A DNA stretch of 64,000 bases from Eledone cirrhosa (taxonomy: Eukaryota): positions 405,604,001 to 405,668,000 of the forward strand of contig OZ024740.1 of NCBI GenBank assembly GCA_964016885.1, in the 5' to 3' direction. This document shows, piece by piece, positions 26,335-38,369 of the stretch (its first letter is position 1; the number at the start of each line of letters is the position of its first letter). Below the pieces are notes generated by a model. It saw nothing but the letters and a program-made list of their open reading frames with translations. It was not told where the DNA came from and ran no database searches. Position numbers and translations under genes: made by a program.

Positions 26335-27294
26335 GATCAGGGGGGGGGGGGGTTATGGTGTGGCGTGCGGTGGCCGGAAGCGGGGGAGTGCTCGACCGGA
26401 AGGGTGCTTGGCCGGAAGGATGCTCGACCGGAAGGGCCAGTAGAGGGCTTCTCTAGTGGTGATCAGCAACGGGATGGACGCGAGTTTTGGCAGCTCCCGG
26501 TGTTAAGCAGTTGGACGCACGTGGAAGAGGAGTAACCTGCAGTGGAATTTAGCGGCGCCTATGAAAAGCGGTAAGTGAGATAGCTTTATCTAACCACAGG
26601 AACATCGCCCAGTTTTATTGCACACTTCATCCATGGATGTCACAATAGCTATTTTGTCCCGTCTGTCCATCCGTACAGTAGAACAAGATGTAAATGTAAA
26701 CAAATAAATATACTGCGTAAGTTAACGAGATAAATACAATGTTTGTTTGTGTTTTGTTTTTGTATTTCTGTCTCTGTTTTCCTATGTATTGTGTGTGTGT
26801 GTATGCAAAAAGATCTGCACACGAATATGTAATTATATATATATATAATTAAAAGGTGTATGTAGGTTAGAAGCGGAGTCAATGTTCAGAAAGATTTTAC
26901 AAATGTACGTAAGATTGGCCGGTATAGTGTCTCACACGAAATAGTGTGGTTTCTTTTTACTTGTGTGTATATGCGTGTGGTATGTATCTATATATAAATA
27001 TGTGTGTATATTGTTGTTTATAGATTTTGTGAAGTACTTACTGCGATCCCTAAGGGATGTAGTGATTTTTTTTCCCGTTCATGTCCACACGTGGTTTGTT
27101 GGCGAAAATCAAATATACTTCGTTAAAATAATTTATAGATACTAGTAGTCAGGGAACAGTCAAAGTTTTGAATGAAGAGGAGGGCGGGCGCAAGACGATA
27201 GTTCAATAAGATATATCATACAAGAGATCGATTACCTATAACACCCTACAGACCTCTCCACAGTTCTACAAAAACATTATATTGAGGGTAAATA

Positions 27295-27510
27295 ATGTTT
27301 TTTGATTTAGGCACATGGCCAAAAATTTTGAGGAAAGGGAAAGTCGATTAAATTAACTCCAGTACACACTGGTACTTTATTTTATTGACCCTGAAAGAAT
27401 GAAAGCAAAGTTGACCTCAGCAGGATTTGAAATCAGAATATAAAGGGCTATAACTAAATGCTTGCAAATCATTTTGTTCAATGTTCAAATGATTCTCCCA
27501 ATCCACTGCC
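27295..27510 (-). mobile_element. SINE family 1 (older copy)
   Basis: Contains GGTACTTTATTTTATTGACCC..GAAAG..GGATTTGAA. Confidence 0.7.
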
Positions 27511-27793
27511 TAGTTTTGGGGGTAAATAATATAATTGAGCAGACCCTCTCTAAACGTGGAATCCCAGCATTCTGAATCCAGTGGATTATAATCACTAAAA
27601 CTCCCAGAATACCTAGTTGCAGTATATCATTGCCGCAGACAGCTTTGATACTCCAATTGTCTCAATGAAATGGTCGTCATCTCTAAGTGGCCCCAAGAAA
27701 TGTGTTCTGAATTGCACTCAGTAGGGTGGAGTTTAAAAAAAGAGTTAAAGAAAAATATAGACACAAAATGTGTCGGCACATTAGGTTTTAAAA

Positions 27794-28134
27794 CAGAGGT
27801 TCTCAAAGTGGGTCCTACCCTGTCCCGGAGGAGGGGGAGGGAGGCGTTGAGAAGGTCCAGGGTCGCTTGGGCCTATGGGGCAGTGGAGGGATGGTAGAGA
27901 TGATATAATAGCATATTAAATATCAAATGATACATATAAATATAGTAAAGTAAAACATATAATATTTATTTATACATAGTATATATATTATTTATTATAT
28001 ATAAATTAATGATTTTATCTATTATATATTATTTACAATTTGTGTAGGTATCTCTCTGTGGAAATAGGGGTGGGGGCGCCGAGGGTATTATGTGGCCGTG
28101 AGGGGGGGGGGGGGCAAAAGTTTGAGAACCTCTG
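27794..28134. mobile_element. hAT (Charlie-like) MITE
   Basis: Perfect 14-bp TIRs CAGAGGTTCTCAAA / TTTGAGAACCTCTG with a degenerate 8-bp TSD. Confidence 0.8.
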
Positions 28135-28456
28135 GTTTAGAGAAATATAATCTTGTGTAACTTTTCTATAAATGTTTGGAAATGTTATGTTAGTAACAAG
28201 CCAAAACAAAACAAGCTGGTCAGAAACTACAAATACAGCAGGTTTTAATTAAGAATATCCCCTGAGTATTTACATAAACACATAAACATGAAAATACATA
28301 TATATATAATATTATATATATGTGTGTGTGTGTATATATATATTCGACAAATTTCAATTCGGTTATATGTTTGCAATAACAAAAAGAAAAGAAAGAAAGA
28401 GGGGAACAAATTAAATAACGAATGTAAGGGAAAAGGTTTAGGGGAAGGGAAGAGAG

Positions 28457-29211
28457 AACTTATATTTAAGTAACGGCCGTACTAAGAGTGGGAAATGAAA
28501 TTTTGTTTCATTTTTTCCGTTTATCGTTTTCGGTGCACCCGGCCGATTAACCCACTCGATATGCAAATTGGGCTACTCAACCGTTAATATGCATAAGGTA
28601 AGTATATACGTTCAACAATCTGGCAGGAAGGTATACGTTGCTGACGATAGTTAATAAGCTTGAAACTAGTACAGCGTTCCTTTGTCAGTGTTGAACAAAC
28701 GAGCAACGATGTCTGTTTACAAACACACCGAGCATTATAATAAATGTTCGGTGAATCCATACGTACATATATATATATGTGTGCATGTATGTATATATAT
28801 ATATATATATACATACTAATGTACGTCTGTATACATGTATGTACGTGTACATACTTATATTTAAGTAACGGCCGTACTAAGAGTGGGAAATGAAATTTTG
28901 TTTCATTTTTTCCGTTTATCGTTTTCGGTGCACCCGGCCGATTAACCCACTCGATATGCAAATTGGGCTACTCAGCCGTTAATATGCATAAGGTAAGTAT
29001 ATACGTTCAACAATCTGGCAGGAAGGTATACGTTGCTGACGATAGCTAATAAGCTTGAAACTAGTACAGCGTTCCTTTGTCAGTGTTGAACAAACGAGCA
29101 ACGATGGTTGCTAGACACTACGGCTTAATACGGGATGTTTGTTTACAAACACACCGAGCATTATAATAAATGTTCGGTGAATCCATACGTACATATATAT
29201 ATGTGTGCATG

Positions 29212-29292
<81 letters not shown>

Positions 29293-29293
29293 G

Positions 29294-29340
<47 letters not shown>

Positions 29341-29371
29341 ATATATATGTATGTATATATATATATGTATG

Positions 29372-29410
<39 letters not shown>

Positions 29411-30165
29411 GTATATATATGTATGTATATATATATATATGTATAAATGTCAGGTCACCAGTTGGTGCTACTGATAACATGTATCCCAGTACAAACTGTC
29501 TCATGGTCGGGTCGTTGGCGACTAAACTGGCAACCCCACTAAGGTTTCTTGGTGAGGAGGGTGACTTTGGACATCCTGCAGGACTAAAAACAAAACCTGT
29601 CAAAGGAGCTCTTAAGAGTCAATGGCTATCCAAAATCACCGGGAGAGATGACCCCTTAGCCTTTGTCAAGGCAGAATTCTAGGAGAAGGAAAACTCTGAT
29701 ATAACACCTGCAACTCTGATGGTATCCAATGATGTTGAGTTGTTCTTCTTTTTGGTAAATATCATCTTGGTTAAGAGAGTGGGACTGGCTTTGTGCAGTG
29801 CCTTTGCTCAATATAAAAGCTTCACGGCACAGGCATTGCTTTATATCTGGAGATCTCTCTGCACTTGTCGTCACATGGTACCATGGGCCCAGCACTATGT
29901 GTCAATAATTGTCACAAGTGTAGTGTTTGTACCAGAGTTTTCAAGTCGCTGGCTGGACTAAAAAGTCACACTCGTTCAGCGCATCGGTAGGAGTTCTCCT
30001 ACATGGATATAAAGTAGTGGCCGTACTCGAAAACGAGTTGGCAGCCACCATATATATACATACTAATGTACGTCTGTATACATGTATGTATGTACGTGTA
30101 CATATATTTAAGTAACGGCCGTACTAAGAGTGGGAAATGAAATTTTGTTTCATTTTTTCCGTATA
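28457..30165. repeat. tandem duplication of an approximately 400-bp unit (2 copies plus a partial third)
   Basis: TATATTTAAGTAACGGCCGTACTAAGAGTGGGAAATG recurs at about 28461, 28856 and 30103. Confidence 0.9.
29445..30050 (+). mobile_element. non-autonomous, internally deleted RTE derivative
   Basis: An RTE-type 5'UTR-like segment (..CTAGGAGAAGGAAAACTCTGA) is joined to a C-terminal C2H2 finger HKCSVCTRVFKSLAGLKSHTRSAHR* and a short 3'UTR. It sits in a (TA)n tract. Confidence 0.55.
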
Positions 30166-30167
30166 TG

Positions 30168-30737
30168 TCATCATCATCATCACCGTTTTACGTCCGTTCT
30201 TCCACGCTAGCATGGGTTAGACGGGTTGTCCTGTTGTGGGCAGTGTCTGGTCGGCTGACCATGCCTTGCTCATACAGGAACTGATTTGGCTTGATTTCTA
30301 CAGCTGGATGCCCTTCCTAACACCAACCTCATTTACAGTGAGTGCTGGGTGCTTTTTCGTGGCGCCTACACGTCCACTTTACAGTGTGGGCTGGGTCCTT
30401 TTTTGCCGTGGTACCTCCACGACCACCTTGCGGTGGGGTGTGTGGGCGCATATTGTCTATATGCTTCAGCTTGTACCCATGGGAGGTCGGGTACTCTGTA
30501 TTACTGCGTGACGCCAGAAGTCACGGTCGTGTGTCATTGCCTTTGAGAGGTGTAATTGGGTAAGGTCGGCTTTTATCACCTCATCTTGGGTCTCCCCACT
30601 CCGCGGTTTCCATCAACTTCTAGTGCTCTGCACCTTTTTATGCAGCTGTCATCCTTCATACGCATCACATGTCCATACCAGCGCAACCGCCTCTCCTGCA
30701 CACAGCATTTGATTCCTCTTATGCTCAGTCTCTCTCT
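30168..30737 (-). mobile_element. RTE 3' fragment, nearly identical to 22890-23465
   Basis: (CAT)n tail and colinear sequence. Confidence 0.9.
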
Positions 30738-30762
30738 ATATGTATATATATATATATATATG

Positions 30763-31224
30763 TGTACAGCCACCGGAAATAACATCTATAAAATATACAG
30801 CTCCATCTATCTGTTAGCTAGCTACCTCACCGTGAAACCTTAGAAATCACCAAAATAAACGCCTACGCAGCAACTAAACATCAAACGATTGTTTCTGTAT
30901 AAATAGAGTGGTTCCAAACACTTTCGCCAGTCGACTTTGGCAGAATCAACCCGCGTATCGGTGTCCCTATACTCTGCGACGCTTGTCACTCACACACGCC
31001 TTGTACCCTGTATCGTGAAAATAAATAACTGATCGAAATTACATCTCTCGCCTTGCTTCGTCCTTTCAACTTGTGCTTTCGTCTGTTCATCCTTACCGTA
31101 TGTGACAACAGTTCTTTTAAGGGCTATCTTCAGATACGATCAGACCGTATGCGATAACAGTCCTTTTAAGGGCTATTCTCGGATCTGATCGGAAGTAGTG
31201 ACCAGACTGACTAACCACGTCGCT

Positions 31225-31227
<3 letters not shown>
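30763..31227 (+). mobile_element. probable solo LTR
   Basis: Begins TGTACAGC and ends GCTACA, with TATA-like GTATAAATAG at about 30897 and AATAAA at about 31020. Flanked by microsatellites. Confidence 0.5.
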
Positions 31228-31286
<59 letters not shown>

Positions 31287-31294
<8 letters not shown>

Positions 31295-32104
31295 GAATAA
31301 TCGAGTATCGAAAAATCGGCGCACGAGTTCACGATAAACAAAATTCAATATGAGTGGCAGAGGGCTCAATAATTCAGATAAATCAGAGCTATAACTATCG
31401 TTAAAATACCAACACACATAGATCATGTCTAAAATCAACCATACGACCGAAAAATTACGATCTGGAAGATTCGGGTCACTCAGATAAAATATCAATAAAT
31501 CATAAGAATGCAAAAAGCTTACCCGGACCCGCTAGAAAGATGGTAAATCTAGCTTCTTGGGTTTCTGTAAATCCTTAAACCGCCCACTATCAGCCCACAT
31601 AAAAAATATAAGACTTCTAGGAAGCAGCGGACAGGAATTACTTTATCAACGAGCTTTTGTCCGAACGAATAAAAAAGCACAACCTCAGCTGAAAACGCAC
31701 ATGGAATTCAGCAAGGGAGATAACCTCTATATCCGCGAAAAATATTCGGGAAAATGTGGAAAATCACATATCGAATACGAGTGCTCAATAGACATGTTAA
31801 AATAAACAAGAGCTATTCATCATTCAATAGAATCGACAAAAAATGAACGATAAAATTAACTGGTCAATAGCAAAGTCTAGAGCTAAATATAGTAGAATAA
31901 TCGAGTATCGAAAAATCGGCGCACGAGTTCACGATAAACAAAATTCAATATGAGTGGCAGAGGGCTCAATAATTCAGATAAATCAGAGCTATAACTATCG
32001 TTAAAATACCAACACACATAGATCATGTCTAAAATCAACCATACGACCGAAAAATTACGATCTGGAAGATTCGGGTCACTCAGATAAAATATCAATAAAT
32101 CATA
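31287..32104. repeat. 218-bp direct repeats spaced exactly 600 bp apart
   Basis: 31287-31504 appears identical to 31887-32104. (TA)n lies on both outer sides. Confidence 0.9.
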
Positions 32105-32324
32105 TATATATACATATATATTCATATATATACACACATGTACATATATATATAATAATAATAAACAGGACAATTTGTTATGTCTTCATTACATTTATTG
32201 AGTAGTGACGCGCGTTTTCCTATTGATCAGCTCAAGGTTTGCTCTGTTTCGATCTGGCCCGACTCTGGAATGAAAAGCTTGTCGGATTTCTGCTGTGTAC
32301 CACAAATCGTCCTTTTTATGTGGA

Positions 32325-33077
32325 TTGGCAGTATAGATAGAGGGTCAGACGCCATGCTTCGCAGCCAAGAGTTACGGCCCTTTATGGTCTGAGTTCAAAT
32401 CCCGCTGGAGTTAACTTTGCCTTTCATCCTTACGGGGTCGATAAAATAAAGTACCAGTCACGCACTGGAGTCAATTTAATCGACTTTCCCCTCCCCCCCA
32501 AATTGCAGGCCTTGTGCCTATATTAAAAAAACCCCATTATTTTATAAACCATCAAACACAAGTGTTAGACATAAATCAATCAAGTGCATGTCTGTAATTT
32601 CAAAATACACTGAGCGTCAACCTGTATCAAAATGTAGACACCTTGGTTATATTCAATTTTAATGTAAAAGATAAGTGCTGTTTCAGCCATTTAATTCACA
32701 AATGATAAATACATAAATTATGTAAATATATCGTGACACAAACAAAAACAACTTATGTATGCACTGGGTAATTGCTGACCTTGTGCCAAAAGTAGAAACA
32801 ATTATTACAATTGGCAGTATCGGTAGAGAGTCAGACGCCATGCTTTGCAGCATAGAGTTACGGTTTGAGTTCAAATCCTGTTGAGGTTAATTTTGCCTTT
32901 CATCCTTACGGGGCCGATAAAATAAAGCACCAGTAACGTACTGGGTAATTGCTGGCCTTGCGCTAAAAGTAGAAACAGTTATTGTAACAATCTGCTTAGT
33001 ACTACACCTCTATACTTACGGGAAACTACGCACCGAGTGCTCACTCTGGTGAACCTACAGTAACTGGACGTTACAAT

Positions 33078-33167
<90 letters not shown>

Positions 33168-34412
33168 GTTTAAAGTTTTTTTTTTTTATATTCATATTTC
33201 TCTATTTGTCCCTTGATGTTTAGTTTGTCATTCCTAAGTCATTAACATTTTTGCAATTTTCGCAGTTTCATCTACTACGCCTGATATTCCCCTTCCATAC
33301 ACACGCATGTATATATGTGTCTATGTGTATATCATGACTCATTGGCAGTATCGGTAGAGGGTCGGACGCCATGCTTTGCAGCACAGAGTTACGTCTCTTT
33401 ACGGACTAAGTTCAAATCCCGCTGAGGTTAACTTTGCCTTTCATCCTTACTGGGTCGATAAAATAAAGTACCAGTAATGTACTGGGTATTTGCTGGCCTT
33501 GAGCCAAAAGTAGAAACAATTATTCTATGTACTATACATGCACCTGAGCACTGTACACAATAATCTTCATTTTATGTATTATAAATTTCATTTCATGTAT
33601 TATTGCTATATATTTTTAGTAGACTGCAAGAGATCACGGCAGTAATGTTCAAATTAACAAAATCATCATCAGATTTTAAATTACTTAATACATGTTCGAA
33701 CTAAATAACGATGTATTTTGTTCTATATCTATTGGTTTATGTAAACACCGTCTACTTTTCGGTAGTACAGGCCAACAAGAACTTTGTATATATGAAAGCT
33801 TTTTAGCATATTAGGGGCTTTTATATACGTTGTCTAATATTTTGCCTGAAGTTTGCATTTTAAAAACATATTTGGAAAAGCTTTCTTACAACCATAGTAG
33901 ATTAAACTGAATCATGTCTTGAATATAAGACACACACTTTATATAGACTACCTCCTTTACTGCCTTCTAAACACTTCGAATTTCTTCGAAGAACGGCATT
34001 GTCTCAAATATCAGAAAGTCACCTCATGTTTAGTTGGTTTCGTTAAATTGCATTTTTTGTTCAGTATCTGAGTTTCTTTAGTTTTTTCAATGTAAGGGAG
34101 GCTACTCTAAATGCCCCAGTATGAAATCAGTAGTAGTCACCCTTATTATAATGTCTGGTTATGTATTTGAAAAATATTAAGAGTTAGTGCATATAATGGT
34201 TAAGAGCAGTAGATTGGCGGTATCGATAGAGGATCAAATAAAATGCTTTGCGACATATAGTTGGGGCCCTGAGTTCAAATCCCGCCGGGCTCAACTTTTT
34301 CTTTTTACCCTTCAGGGATCGATAAAATAAAGTACCAATCTAGTACTGAGATCAGAATAATCGACTTTCCTATCCCCTCGATCGTTGGCCTTTTGCCCAG
34401 ATTAGAAATCAA
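32325..34412 (+). mobile_element. cluster of four family-1 SINEs (32325-32525, 32811-32982, 33342-33523, 34213-34412)
   Basis: Each has ATTGGC.GTAT..TAGAG..GAGTTCAAATCC..GG(T/C)CGATAAAATAAAG.ACCA..GGCCTT. Confidence 0.85.
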
Positions 34413-34689
34413 TATATATAAATCCAGTTCAAAAGCGACAAAACATTTCATTTTCCGAGATTGAAGACACACAATACAGATTACAATTATTGAAAAGATT
34501 GCATGTGGTGATTGGAAAAACAATATATATTTTTTTAAATTCAGATTATTTATTCAACATTATGTGCATTAAGTTATATAATGTTTATAACTTACAAAAG
34601 AAAGAAATCAATAAAAAGGAGTCATAAGAAGAAAAATGTGAGAAGATATGAATAATCAATAATACAAAACACCAGGGAATATTGGTATT

Positions 34690-36245
34690 CATCATCATCA
34701 TCATCACTGTTTCACGTACATCTTTCCACATAAGCATGGGTTAGACGAGTTGTCCTGTTGTGAGTAATGTCAGGTCAGTTGACCATGACTTGCTCATACA
34801 GAACTGATTTTGGCTTGTTTCTTCACCTGAGTGCCCTTCCTAGCACCAACCTCATTTACAGTGTGGACTGGGTGCTTTTTCTTGTGACACCTACATGACC
34901 AGTTTATAGTGTGGACTGGGTGCTTTTTGTTGTGATACCTACACGACCACTATACAGTGTGGACTGGGTGCTTTTTGTTGTGTCTCCACCATGACCACTT
35001 TACAGTGTGGACTGGGTGCTTTTTGTCATGTCTCCACCATGACCACTTTACAGTGTGGGCTGGAGGCTTTACTGGATGTATGCTTCAGCCTGTCCTCAAG
35101 GGAGTGGGTGGGGTAGTGCATACTATATATACGATTCGGCCTGTACCTGTGGGATATTACTGCATAACACCAGAGATCTTGGTTCTGTGTCATCATCTTT
35201 GAGAGGTGCAATTAGGCAAGGTCATCATTATCACCTCATCCCAAGTCTTCCTAGGTCTCCCCACTTCATGGCTTCCATTGACTTTGAACACTCTGCACTT
35301 TTTTATACAGCTGTCATCCATCATAAGCATCACATGTCCATACCAACGCAATCTCTTCTCCTGCACACTGCATCTGATTCCTCTTATGCCTAGTTTCTCT
35401 CTCTGTTCGTTTATGCTTTGCAATTCACATATATTACTATTACATATTGGAGCATGGCAGCTTCGTTTCTTTCCAATCTATGCAAGTCTTCACAAGAAAG
35501 CGGCCAGGTCTCACTACCATGCAACTTTGCTGTTTGTATGCACACATAATACAGTCTGCCTTTCATTTTGAGGAAAAAGCCTTTTGTAACTAGCAGTGGT
35601 AGTTCATTCTTAGCTAGACTTCCCAACGTCCACTACATCTCTTGTGTACCCATAGTTTGCATTTGGGGCAGAGGATGGAATTTCTACCTACACCTTTCCT
35701 ACATACTGGGCAAGGCCATTTCCCCGAGGGGATCTGGGTTCTGTTTTCTCTTCTACTTACTAGAACCTTAGTCTTTGTCTGGTTGACTTTAAGACTCCTT
35801 GTTTCTTGGCCTTGCTTCCATGTTTGGAATTTCTTCTCTAGTTCCACCATAGATTTTGCGATGAGTGTAAGATTATCTGCGTACAGGAGTTCCCATGGGC
35901 AGCCAGTCTTAAATTCCTCTGTTATAGCCTGCAGTACAATAATAAATAGGAGAGGGCTAAGAACAGAGCTCTGGTAGATGCCAACCTGTACACTAAATTC
36001 CTTGCTATAGCCATTGTTAATCCTAACTTTGCTGACAGTTCCCCAATACATAGTTTGTACAACCTCCACAAGCCACTCATCTACTCCTAGTTTTCTAAGA
36101 GCCCACCAGATTGTGGTATGGGGCATTCTGTCAAAAGCTTTCGCCAGATCAACAAATACCAGGTAGAGTGGCTTACTTTTAGCTAGGTATGTTTTCTGTG
36201 ACTGCTTTATCAGGAAGAGAGCATCTGTGATGCTTTGACCTTTTT
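34690..36245 (-). mobile_element. RTE LINE, 3' half
   Basis: FVDLAKAFDR, SSVLSPLLF, LYADN and HGSETW motifs, (CAT)n tail, and a 48-bp VNTR in the 3'UTR. Confidence 0.9.
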
Positions 36246-36283
36246 GAGATTTATTTGTATATAGGGACACATATATATCATCA

Positions 36284-36477
36284 CAGACCTGCCAACCTCT
36301 AAAAACTCAAAGGGGAGTACCATTAAAAAAAGTGCCCCAAAACAGGGAGAAATGAGGCATAATAGGGTGATTTTACATAATGAAAGCTATACCCATTTTC
36401 ACAAGAGAAGACATCTCTCACCCACCCCAAAGTAGGTGGGAGATGTCCCCGTCGGATGGGGATAGTTGACAAGTCTG
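36284..36477. mobile_element. 194-bp MITE (hAT-like TIR)
   Basis: TIRs CAGACCTGCCAAC / GTTGACAAGTCTG, flanks CATCA / CCTCA, and internal hairpin GACATCTCTCACC..GGTGGGAGATGTC. Confidence 0.65.
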
Positions 36478-36504
36478 CCTCACACACACATAATATATAT
36501 ATAT

Positions 36505-37400
36505 ATTACTGGCATCACGCAGTAATACAGAAGACCCGAACCCCGACGATTACAAGCCGAAGCTGAAACATATAGACAATATGCCCCCACACCCTCCCAC
36601 TCAAAGTGGTCGTGGAGGTACCACGGCAAAAAAGCACCCAGCCCACACTGTAAAGTGGATGTGTAGGTGCCACGGAAAAAAGCACCCAGCACTCACTGTA
36701 AATGAGGTTGGTGTTAGGAAGGGCATCCAGCTGTAGAAATCAAGCCAGAATCAGTTCCCATATGAGCAAGACAAGGTCAGCCGACTGGACACTGCCCACA
36801 ACAGGACAACCCGTCTAACCCATGCTAGCATGGAAGAACGGACATAAAACGGTGATGATGATGATGATATATATATATAACGAAGGAATTGTGGTAAGGA
36901 ACCAGATGGACCATAACGCACCAGAGTACTCAATACTTAGGTTTCTCCCTACATTAAAAAAAATGGCTGTATGATGCCAGTGTGCAAAGTGCGACACTGC
37001 ATGGTAGTGAAAGATGGGCCGTGACTGCAGAGGGCATGCATAGGCTGGAAAGAAATGAAGCAACCAGGCTTTGTTGGATGTGCAATATAAATGTGAGAGA
37101 AAGGCAGAGCTTGGATGAACTAATGGAGAAGCTGGGTTTAAGAGGAATCTGGGGAGGGGGGGGGGGCGATGCAGGAGAGAAGACTGCATTTGTATGGACA
37201 TGCAATGCGCATGGATAATGACCAATCGATGAAGAAAATGCCAGGAAATCCCAGTGGAAGGAAGCTGCAATAGAGGACAAACAAGAAAGACCAGGACAGA
37301 GCTGACCTCAAATTGCTAAGACTGGGAGAGGAGATGTTGAGGAACAAGAGGTGAGATGCTGCATTGAGAAGGACTCATTCAACCCATGCAAGCATGGAGA
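36505..37400 (+). mobile_element. two RTE 3' fragments (36505-36868 and 36940-37400)
   Basis: (GAT)n tail at about 36855 and LHGSERW..RLERNEA. Confidence 0.8.
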
Positions 37401-38369
37401 GAGAGAGTGTAGAGGAAAAATCAACCCCAGTACTGGAATGGTACTTTTTTTTATCTTCTTCAAAAGGATGAAAGGTAAAGTTGACCAAGGAAGGTGTGAT
37501 TTGAACTCAGAACTCAGAGCTGGAACAAATACTGCAAATCATTCTGTCTGACATTCTAATGAATCTGACCTTCTAATGAATTACTGTAATTGTTAATCAC
37601 TCAACCACAACACCAGTACCTAAATTTTAGCATGGTAAACTTAATTAATGTGCTTTTTCTATCATCTTATATAATGTTTCCAATAATTCTGATATGTATT
37701 GTATACTGTTAATCCCAGAAAACAAAATGTATTTTCATTCTTGCAAATATATTGCTGGGCAATTTTCACCTTAGAATCCTTTTCTTTCAATATTTTAATT
37801 GCATGTCAGACCATGTCTCCCACTACTTATTCCCTGTGCCCCATCCCTGTGAATCGTTAAAAGTCCCCAATGGGGTTTCGATGGAAATTTACTATGTTGA
37901 AGTGGTATGAGTGGCTTGTGTACTTTAGTGTGAGCATCTTGACATAAACGTTGGGTGACCCGTGTGAGGAGACAACTGTCTTCCGCATAGCAGTGACACC
38001 GATCACGGCAGGGATGGATGGAACAATAAAGCCACATTGAAGGAATACATGAGATGATCAATAAAAGCCAGACTACTTAAATTGTTAAAGTAACAGTGAT
38101 TGATACTATTACTATTTCCTATTTGTTTGTTTTTCTTTTATTCTTTTTAGAATTAAGAAACTCCACGTGCCCCAAAACCTTCTCCTTGGGATGCAAATTT
38201 TGAAAATCAAATCTGATGCCTTTTGGCAACATACATACGCACATAAACTCTCAAACATATAGTATATTTTTAATGCTCAACTAGCTGAGAGAAGAGGACC
38301 ATTGACAAAGTTTTTATTATCGTTGACATTTTGCTGTAGTGAAGTATCATGTAATACTTTTCTATCACC

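Larger units (their letters stand above)
20999..26598 (+). mobile_element. full-length degenerate Ty3/Gypsy LTR retrotransposon
   Basis: 251-bp LTRs at 20999-21249 and 26348-26598 (TG..CA), 5-bp TSD GGAAC at 20994 and 26599, and a G-rich PPT at about 26333-26347. gag has CCHC knuckles. Domains run PR (LVDTG), RT (YIEDIL), RNase H (CDASS, IRTDS), then integrase (HHCC, VDVT, MDN, NGIVER), i.e. Gypsy order. Confidence 0.95.
16930..26700 (-). mobile_element. near full-length CR1/L2-type LINE (ORF1 with Cys-rich PHD-like finger; ORF2 APE-RT), interrupted by a Gypsy element
   Basis: (ATT)n tail at 16930-16945. C-terminal RKHFFMLRVAEAWNKLP. RT motifs NYRPVSL, YLDFAKAF, GVPQGS and YADD (17519-18382). 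EN motifs VTETW, GDFN and SDH (18947-19815). ORF1 lies at 19898-20998 with its ATG at 26634. Frameshifts are present. Confidence 0.9.

Noticed and set aside
29118-29682. YIYI-rich ORFs (also at 45689-46171, 51535-51851 and 54378-54839)
   Set aside because: They are translations of (TA)n/(CA)n microsatellites.
37858-37878. AAAGTCCCC as RNase MRP CR-I
   Set aside because: There is no GARAR P8 loop and no complementary CR-V (GGGGCT) downstream.
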